Translations under genes and position numbers: made by a program
In this document: positions 34,682-40,006 of the stretch, piece by piece
Numbering within the stretch: the stretch's first letter is position 1
How the letters are laid out: every line of letters begins with the position of its first letter
Source: Clostridia bacterium
Lineage (GTDB): Bacteria; Bacillota; Clostridia; UMGS1883
Direction: 5' to 3'
Length of the DNA: 40,006 nt
NCBI GenBank assembly: GCA_045580605.1
Contig: JAZNOC010000035.1
Location: 1 to 40,006, forward strand
The notes under the pieces: model-generated
Seen by the model: only the letters and a program-made list of their open reading frames with translations
What the model was told of the DNA's origin: nothing
The model's database searches: none

Positions 34682-36753
34682 AACTTATTATTGCAGAAAA
34701 ACCAAGCCTTGCACGTAACATTGCAGCGGCAATTGGTAATATGAAAAAGGATGGAAACTCATTTGTCGGCGAGGGTTACATAGTAACGTGGGCGTTCGGA
34801 CATCTGTTTTCGCTTGCTGATATTGATTACTACTCGCCAAATCCCGACGGGACTAACCGCTGGAGCATAAAGACGCTTCCGTGCTTTCCCAAAAAATATG
34901 AATATGAGCTGAAAAAGGACAAAAACAACAAAACGGACGAGGGCGTGAAAAGGCAGTTTGAGCTGATTAAGAGCCTTTGTCTGAGAAATGATGTTGATAC
35001 CATCATAAACGCAGGGGACTCCGACCGTGAGGGAGAGATTATCGTCCGTACCTGTATCCGTATGACGGGTGTTGAAAACAAGCCGATAAAAAGACTGTGG
35101 ATGCCCGACCAGACGGAAAAGACAATAAATGCCGCACTCAGCGAGCTTGAAAATGATGAAAAGTACGATAATCTTGCAAAAGAGGGTTACGCACGCACCT
35201 TTGTTGACTGGCTTTACGGGCTAAATCTTACACGCTATGCAACGCTCAAAACGGGCACTCTTCTTCGTGTAGGGCGTGTGATTGTGCCTGTTGTAAAGGC
35301 AATTTACGACAGGGATATGGAAATCCGCAACTTTAAAAGTGATATTTATTACACCCCGTACTCTAAAACCATTAAAGACGGGGAAGAAATAGAACTTACA
35401 AGCAAGAAAAAGTTTTCTAAGGAAGAGCTTGTCAAGGCAAAAGAGTTTTGCGGTAAGCTTAACGAAAATATGGCAGTAGTCAAGGATAAAAAGAAAAAGA
35501 AGGAAACTCTCGGTCCCGGCAAATTGTTCTCACTTACGAAGCTACAGAATGTACTTGGAAAAAAGTACAAAATGTCAATGGAGGAGAGCCTTAAAATCGT
35601 ACAAGCTCTTTACGAAAGGGGCTTTGTTACATATCCGAGAACGAACTCTGAGTATGTGGCGACTGCTGAAAAAGATAAGGTAAAAAGCATTTTAGACGCT
35701 GTTTCAAAGCTTGGGTATTCGGTAAAATTCAAGGACGGAAAATCAATTTTTGACGATAAAAAGATAGAGTCGCACTCGGCTCTTACTCCAACTTATAAGA
35801 TACCTGACAAAAACGCTTTAACAGAGGACGAGTACAAGGTATATTCCACGATTCTCAGGCGCTTTGCGGCGGTCTTCTGCGCAGAGGAATGTATAGCAGA
35901 AAAAAGCGAAATAACCATAGATGTCGGCGGAATTGAGGAATTTACAATTAAGGGAACTGTAATCACCCAAAAGGGATGGACCAAGTACGACGACTACACA
36001 AAAAAGGATAAGCTTTTGCCACCACTTGAAAAAGGAGATACCTTTGCGGTGAATTTTGAGCCGAAAGAAAAGGAAACAACGCCACCAAAGCATTATACCA
36101 TTGAAACGCTTAATAACTATCTTAAAAACCCATTTCGTGATGATAAGGCTAACGCTGATGAAAATGACGAAAAAGAGTATCGTGCAATTTTTGACGGTCT
36201 GGAGCTTGGAACAGAGGCGACAAGGACAGGAATAATCGACAATGCCGTCAGGAGCGAATATATCTCGCTAAAAAAAGATGTGTATACGATTTTACCTCAG
36301 GGAGAATACCTGATTGAGTCAATACATAGAATGGGAATAAGTATGGATAAATACAAAACATCGCTTCTCGGTCAGGCTCTCAAAAAGGTGTACAAAGGGG
36401 AGATAACCGTTAAGGATTGTATACTGCTTGCCGAGCGTGAAATAAGCGAAGTTTTTGAGAAAAAAGACGAAAATAATGACGACGGTTTTGTGGGTGATTT
36501 TGTGTGCAAATGTCCACTCTGTAAAGGTGATGTTATTCGTACAAAATTCGGCTACGGTTGCACGGGGTATAAGGATGGCTGCAACCTTACAATCAGCAAT
36601 GTAATTTTAGGACGAACAATCCCGAAAAATGCCGTTATAAAGCTAATTTCAGGGGAAAGGGTTACTCTTGACGGCTTTGTTTCCAAAAAAACAGGAAAGG
36701 CATTTTCTGCTGCTCTCAAGCTTAACGGAAACAGGGCGGAATTTGACTTTTAA
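34678..36753 (+). CDS. topB: DNA topoisomerase III (type IA)
   Basis: Contains the Toprim LIIAEKPS, WAFGHLF, GDSDREGE and YERGFVTYPRTNS (active-site Tyr region), plus a C-terminal Cys4 zinc ribbon CPLCKG..GCTGYKDGC. Confidence 0.9.
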   Translation: MKLIIAEKPSLARNIAAAIGNMKKDGNSFVGEGYIVTWAFGHLFSLADIDYYSPNPDGTNRWSIKTLPCFPKKYEYELKKDKNNKTDEGVKRQFELIKSLCLRNDVDTIINAGDSDREGEIIVRTCIRMTGVENKPIKRLWMPDQTEKTINAALSELENDEKYDNLAKEGYARTFVDWLYGLNLTRYATLKTGTLLRVGRVIVPVVKAIYDRDMEIRNFKSDIYYTPYSKTIKDGEEIELTSKKKFSKEELVKAKEFCGKLNENMAVVKDKKKKKETLGPGKLFSLTKLQNVLGKKYKMSMEESLKIVQALYERGFVTYPRTNSEYVATAEKDKVKSILDAVSKLGYSVKFKDGKSIFDDKKIESHSALTPTYKIPDKNALTEDEYKVYSTILRRFAAVFCAEECIAEKSEITIDVGGIEEFTIKGTVITQKGWTKYDDYTKKDKLLPPLEKGDTFAVNFEPKEKETTPPKHYTIETLNNYLKNPFRDDKANADENDEKEYRAIFDGLELGTEATRTGIIDNAVRSEYISLKKDVYTILPQGEYLIESIHRMGISMDKYKTSLLGQALKKVYKGEITVKDCILLAEREISEVFEKKDENNDDGFVGDFVCKCPLCKGDVIRTKFGYGCTGYKDGCNLTISNVILGRTIPKNAVIKLISGERVTLDGFVSKKTGKAFSAALKLNGNRAEFDF

Positions 36754-36781
36754 AAACATAGAAATATTAATGGAAATTCCC

Positions 36782-36810
36782 TTGACAAAACATTCCAAAA
36801 GAGTTAGAAT
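36782..36810 (+). promoter_or_regulatory. Sigma-A-type promoter for the secreted-protein operon
   Basis: TTGACA (36782-36787), a 17-nt spacer, then TAGAAT (36805-36810). Confidence 0.55.
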
Positions 36811-36900
36811 AATTATGATTGTTATTATGTGGATTCGTATGCCCTTTTTTAGGCAGCAGAATTCGCAGGAACAATAAAATATAGAAAGGGAGAAAGAAAA

Positions 36901-38328
36901 ATGGCAAAGAAACTTTTATCATTGGTTTTAGCTTTGGCAATGGTTTCGAGCTTTGCTTGCATCAGTGCATTTGCTGCAGATGCTAAGGTTTACGATGGCG
37001 TTACAGCTACTCTTGACCTTGAAGGCGCATTTGAAGCAGATGGTTGCGATGGTGCAATCTGGGCAAAGAACGGCGCTAAGCTTACAATCAATGGCGACGC
37101 CGCAACAGACTCTGTAAAAAGTCTGGTTTGCAAAGAGCACGGCTATTCAATGGCAGTATTTGCACAGGATGCAGATGTTGTTATCAATGGCGGTTACTAC
37201 GAAAACGAGGGTGATGGTATAGTTGACCCGAATCACGTAGACCTTATCTACGCAAAGGGAAATTCAAACATCACAATCAACGGTGGTACATTTGTGTGTG
37301 CTAATCCTCAGTGGACACTTAACTGCAGAGATAACTCAAACTCAGTTATCACTGTAAAGGGTGGTAAGTTCTATCAGTTTGACCCGTCAAACACAAACGT
37401 AGCTCCTGCAGGTAAGACAGAAATCGTTGTTCCTGAAGGCTATAGCGTAGTTAAGGATGGCGACTGGTATGAGGTTGTTAAGTCAGAACCCAAGGTTTAT
37501 GACGGCGTTACAGCAACACTCAACCTTAAAGGCGAATTCGTTGCAAACGGTTGCGATGGTGCAATCTGGGCAAAGAACGGTGCTAACCTTACAATCAATG
37601 GCACAACAGCTACACTTGTAAAAGGTCAGGTATGTGCTGAAGACGGCTATTCAATGGCAGTATTTGCACAGGATGCAAATGTTGTTATCAATGGCGGTTA
37701 CTACGAAAATGAGAGAGATGGTAAGTTTGACCCCTACCACGTAGACCTTATCTACGCAAAGGGAAATGCAAGCATCACTATCAACGGCGGTATGTTTAAG
37801 TGTGCTAACCCTCAGTGGACACTTAACTGCAAGGATAATACAGCTGCAGTTATCACTGTAAAGGGTGGTAAGTTCTATCAGTTTAACCCTGCAAATGCTC
37901 AGGTAGGTGCAGGTGAAGTTGTTGTTCCTGAAGGCTACACAGTAGTTAAGGAAGGCGACTGGTACAAGGTTGTTGAGGAAGAAGCAAAAGTAGAATTCGA
38001 CTCAGCAACAAGTGCTATCGACGAAGATGGTAAGGGTGCTATTCGTTTCGTATTTAACGTAACTCTTCCCGAAGCTGCTGAAACATACTTCGGTGCATAC
38101 ATGCTTCCTCTTAACATATTCAAGACATCAGGCATAGCTAAGGCAGTTCAGGTACAGTATGCACAGACAGATGTTGCTGAAGAAACTTCATTCTCAGCTG
38201 ACCTTGTAAAGATCCCTCAGAACTTCTTTACAACAAGCATTTATGCTATTCCTTATGTTAAAACATCTAACGGCATTTCAACATTTGCAGGTGCAAGCGC
38301 ATCAGTAAATGGTGCACTTGCAGAGTAA
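36901..38328 (+). CDS. Secreted protein with two about 165-aa tandem modules (parallel-beta-helix-like INGG repeats) and a C-terminal beta-rich domain
   Basis: Signal peptide MAKKLLSLVLALAMVSSFACISAFA/AD. Two near-identical modules each contain VVINGGYYEN, ITINGG.F.CANPQWTLNC and ITVKGGKFYQF. No LPXTG, S-layer or choline-binding motifs were seen. Confidence 0.85.
   Translation: MAKKLLSLVLALAMVSSFACISAFAADAKVYDGVTATLDLEGAFEADGCDGAIWAKNGAKLTINGDAATDSVKSLVCKEHGYSMAVFAQDADVVINGGYYENEGDGIVDPNHVDLIYAKGNSNITINGGTFVCANPQWTLNCRDNSNSVITVKGGKFYQFDPSNTNVAPAGKTEIVVPEGYSVVKDGDWYEVVKSEPKVYDGVTATLNLKGEFVANGCDGAIWAKNGANLTINGTTATLVKGQVCAEDGYSMAVFAQDANVVINGGYYENERDGKFDPYHVDLIYAKGNASITINGGMFKCANPQWTLNCKDNTAAVITVKGGKFYQFNPANAQVGAGEVVVPEGYTVVKEGDWYKVVEEEAKVEFDSATSAIDEDGKGAIRFVFNVTLPEAAETYFGAYMLPLNIFKTSGIAKAVQVQYAQTDVAEETSFSADLVKIPQNFFTTSIYAIPYVKTSNGISTFAGASASVNGALAE
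36985..37980 (+). repeat. Intragenic tandem duplication, period 507 nt (2 copies)
   Basis: aaggtttacgatggcgttacagc.. at 36985 recurs as aaggtttatgacggcgttacagc.. at 37492. Long identical runs are present, for example ggttgcgatggtgcaatctgggcaaagaacgg and ggctattcaatggcagtatttgcacaggatgca. Confidence 0.9.
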
Positions 38329-38342
38329 GGAGGATTATGACT

Positions 38343-38525
38343 ATGAAAATGTATAACGCTCCTACAATTGAAACAGTTAAGCTCAGCCTTGTTGATGTAA
38401 TTACAGCAAGCTTTGATGCAAAGGGTGTAAATACAGAAGCTTACAACCTTAAGGCTACCACTGCAAAAGATACAGTAATCACACACACCAATCAGGGTGA
38501 AGAGTGGCAGAGCGACTGGAACTAA
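38343..38525 (+). CDS. Small acidic 60-aa protein (MKMYNAPTIETVKLSLVDVITASFDAKGVN...QGEEWQSDWN), function unknown
   Basis: AAGGAGG (38327-38333) overlaps the stop of the upstream gene. ATG 38343 has 9-nt spacing, while ATG 38337 has only 3 nt. An intrinsic terminator follows. The protein has no Cys and no signal peptide. Confidence 0.65.
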   Translation: MKMYNAPTIETVKLSLVDVITASFDAKGVNTEAYNLKATTAKDTVITHTNQGEEWQSDWN

Positions 38526-38542
38526 AATTTGTTTTAGTTTAG

Positions 38543-38586
38543 AAAAAAAACAGAAGAGCTGCTGGTAAAAGCAGCTCTTTTCTGTT
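38543..38586 (+). terminator. Intrinsic terminator after the small ORF
   Basis: Stem aagagctgc (38554-38562) with gcagctctt (38571-38579), with an A8 run before and a T-rich tail after. Confidence 0.75.
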
Positions 38587-38615
38587 ATAATAGCTTCTGA
38601 ATGGAGGAAGTTAAA

Positions 38616-39104
38616 ATGAAAAAAATTTTTACAATTATACTTACAGTAGTTCTCTCTTTTTCTTGTGCATCTGCTTTTGCGCAGGATTCAATTACAGTTC
38701 TTTTAGACGGGGAGGCTATCTCGTTTGATGTTCAGCCTCAGATTATAAACTCACGTACAATGGTGCCTATGCGTGCTATCTTTACAGCGCTTGGGGCACA
38801 AGTGGAATGGGTTGAGGAACACCGCCTCATCATAGCAGCAAAGGATACAAGCATTATCGCAATGATGATAGACTCACCTGTTATGCATATAGGCGACCTT
38901 GAAACTAACGAACAAAAAACGATAGAGCTTGATTCTCCCCCTGTTATTGTTGACAGCAGAACTCTCGTGCCCGTGCGCGCAATTTCTGATGCACTTGGTG
39001 TAGCAGTTGATTGGGATGCAGATACAAGGACTGTTATTCTCGGCGAAGTAATTGATGCTCCGACAGCAGATGCAGACGAGGTTGTTGACAAGAATGAAAA
39101 ATAA
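38616..39104 (+). CDS. Secreted copper-amine-oxidase-N-terminal-like (stalk) domain protein
   Basis: Signal peptide MKKIFTIILTVVLSFSCASAFA/QD. Two half-repeats, ..INSRTMVPMRAIFTALGAQVEW.. and ..VDSRTLVPVRAISDALGVAVDWD.., are typical of the Cu_amine_oxidN1 fold. ATG 38616 follows GGAGGAAG. Confidence 0.75.
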   Translation: MKKIFTIILTVVLSFSCASAFAQDSITVLLDGEAISFDVQPQIINSRTMVPMRAIFTALGAQVEWVEEHRLIIAAKDTSIIAMMIDSPVMHIGDLETNEQKTIELDSPPVIVDSRTLVPVRAISDALGVAVDWDADTRTVILGEVIDAPTADADEVVDKNEK

Positions 39105-39645
39105 GATAAGTGTCATCATCAACAAATTTAAAGATAAAGACTGGCGCAAATTCAGACTGAGGAAAATTTTAAGAAGACTTTTCATTCCTATTATATGGAG
39201 TGTGGTTTGCTCAAACGTTGGACTATTTTTCCTGTTTGCGGCTCCGTCGATTAATACCATTGCAATAATGATTGCTGCGGTATCATTTTTGATTTTGCTG
39301 GTCAGACATATCTTTATTATTTCGTTTTACAGAAGACATTCCCAAACCTATATGGTAGATGTGCTCGGTCCGTGGATGTTGTTTGCTTTTCTTGCAGCTA
39401 TCGGGTTTTTCTTTATCCCGCCGGCTGTGTTCAATCACATATTTTTACCGCTCAGGGCTTGTGAGCCTTTCTACTTAAGAAGTTGGGTGTCTATTATACT
39501 TGTTCTTCTTCTTATGCTTGGGCTTATGTCGGCTACAAGAGAGGTTGGAAGGAAAACCCGCATTAAGCTTGAGGAAAAAAGGCGTAAGCGCTCTGTAAAA
39601 ATTACAAGAGAAGATATTCATAACACCTATCGGAAACGTCATTAA
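39094..39645 (+). CDS. Small polytopic membrane protein with a basic C-terminal tail, function unknown
   Basis: ATG 39094 overlaps the upstream gene's end by 11 nt, which suggests translational coupling. There are about 4 hydrophobic helices. The tail is RKTRIKLEEKRRKRSVKITRED. The ORF-track start 39052 is a less likely extension. Confidence 0.6.
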   Translation: MKNKISVIINKFKDKDWRKFRLRKILRRLFIPIIWSVVCSNVGLFFLFAAPSINTIAIMIAAVSFLILLVRHIFIISFYRRHSQTYMVDVLGPWMLFAFLAAIGFFFIPPAVFNHIFLPLRACEPFYLRSWVSIILVLLLMLGLMSATREVGRKTRIKLEEKRRKRSVKITREDIHNTYRKRH

Positions 39646-39697
39646 AAAAATTAAGAGGCTGTCTCTTTAAACAAATTTCCTGTATAATTATTACAAT

Positions 39698-39759
39698 TGT
39701 AGGGGTCGATGCCCACATCGACCCGAAAAAGCGGGCGGATGTAGGCATCCGCCCCTACA
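39698..39759. repeat. GC-rich double-hairpin palindromic element (REP-like)
   Basis: Hairpin 1 is ggtcgatg(ccca)catcgacc. Hairpin 2 is gggcggatg(tagg)catccgccc. They are bracketed by GTAGGGG...CCCCTAC and embedded in AT-rich intergenic DNA. Confidence 0.7.
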
Positions 39760-39850
39760 AATAATATTTTATACATTAGTCTTGTTTAAGGCCACCACCA
39801 GATAAGGAAGTGTTGGTTTTGAAGTCATCTTTTTAATTTATACTGCATCA

Positions 39851-39887
39851 AAAAAGTCCGAAATACGAAAGTATCTCCGGACTTTTT
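39851..39887. terminator. Bidirectional intrinsic terminator
   Basis: Stem aaaaagtccg (39851-39860) with cggacttttt (39878-39887), plus inner atac/gtat pairing. A5 and T5 runs would serve either strand. Confidence 0.6.
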
Positions 39888-40006
39888 GTTCTTTGTCTAA
39901 ATATAAAAATCTGATATTCAAAACTGCATTGCATCCTAAAATTGAAATTTTTGAATGAAGTTCAAGGCGAAAAACGCACATAATCCTGACGGATATGGGC
40001 GTTTTT

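Noticed and set aside
34678-36753. Topoisomerase III as a marker of an integrative conjugative element.
   Set aside because: There is no relaxase, coupling protein, type IV secretion gene, integrase or flanking repeat in the window. The gene is translationally coupled to a dipeptidase gene directly after the rplS-rnhB-yraN housekeeping cluster.
1-40006. A scan for tRNA/rRNA genes, CRISPR arrays, IS elements or transposases, integrases, toxin-antitoxin pairs and known defence genes.
   Set aside because: None were recognised. I saw no T-loop-like GTTCGAATC contexts, no regularly spaced direct repeats and no DDE, tyrosine or serine recombinase motifs in any listed ORF.

Overview
This window looks like a chromosomal segment of a low-GC Firmicute, probably a Clostridia or Ruminococcus-like gut anaerobe; that call rests on gene content and order and was not verified. 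It is densely coded and mostly housekeeping.

Recognisable content:
- A tandem glycine riboswitch in front of an AgcS-type alanine/glycine:cation symporter.
- A CPA2 antiporter-ktrB-ktrA potassium operon.
- A run of pyk, ppx/gppA, trmL, a GT51 transglycosylase, vanZ and pgcA.
- A ygiQ-folD-topoisomerase B-subunit operon on the minus strand.
- The conserved rplS-lepB-rbgA(ylqF)-rnhB-yraN cluster, followed by an M19 dipeptidase and topB.

I saw no rRNA, tRNA, CRISPR array, transposase, integrase or recognisable defence genes.

Two accessory-looking islands are the best candidates for something undescribed:
1. 10.26-14.63 kb holds three consecutive zinc-ribbon proteins. Two are single-pass membrane proteins with large extracellular domains. 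One ends in a 36-residue tail made only of Asp and Tyr, and its neighbour carries an internal acidic/aromatic D/Y/W/E segment.
2. 36.8-39.6 kb holds a secreted protein with a 507-nt internal tandem duplication, a tightly coupled 60-aa acidic peptide, a copper-amine-oxidase-N-type stalk-domain protein and a small polytopic membrane protein.

Smaller observations:
- A 42-codon ORF that is absent from the ORF track.
- An orphan non-coding stretch with its own terminator downstream of ktrA.
- An NTP-transferase/mutase-like fusion whose catalytic motifs look degenerate.
- A GC-rich double-hairpin element near the 3' end of the window.

All functional calls come from motif recognition by eye. No database searches were run.
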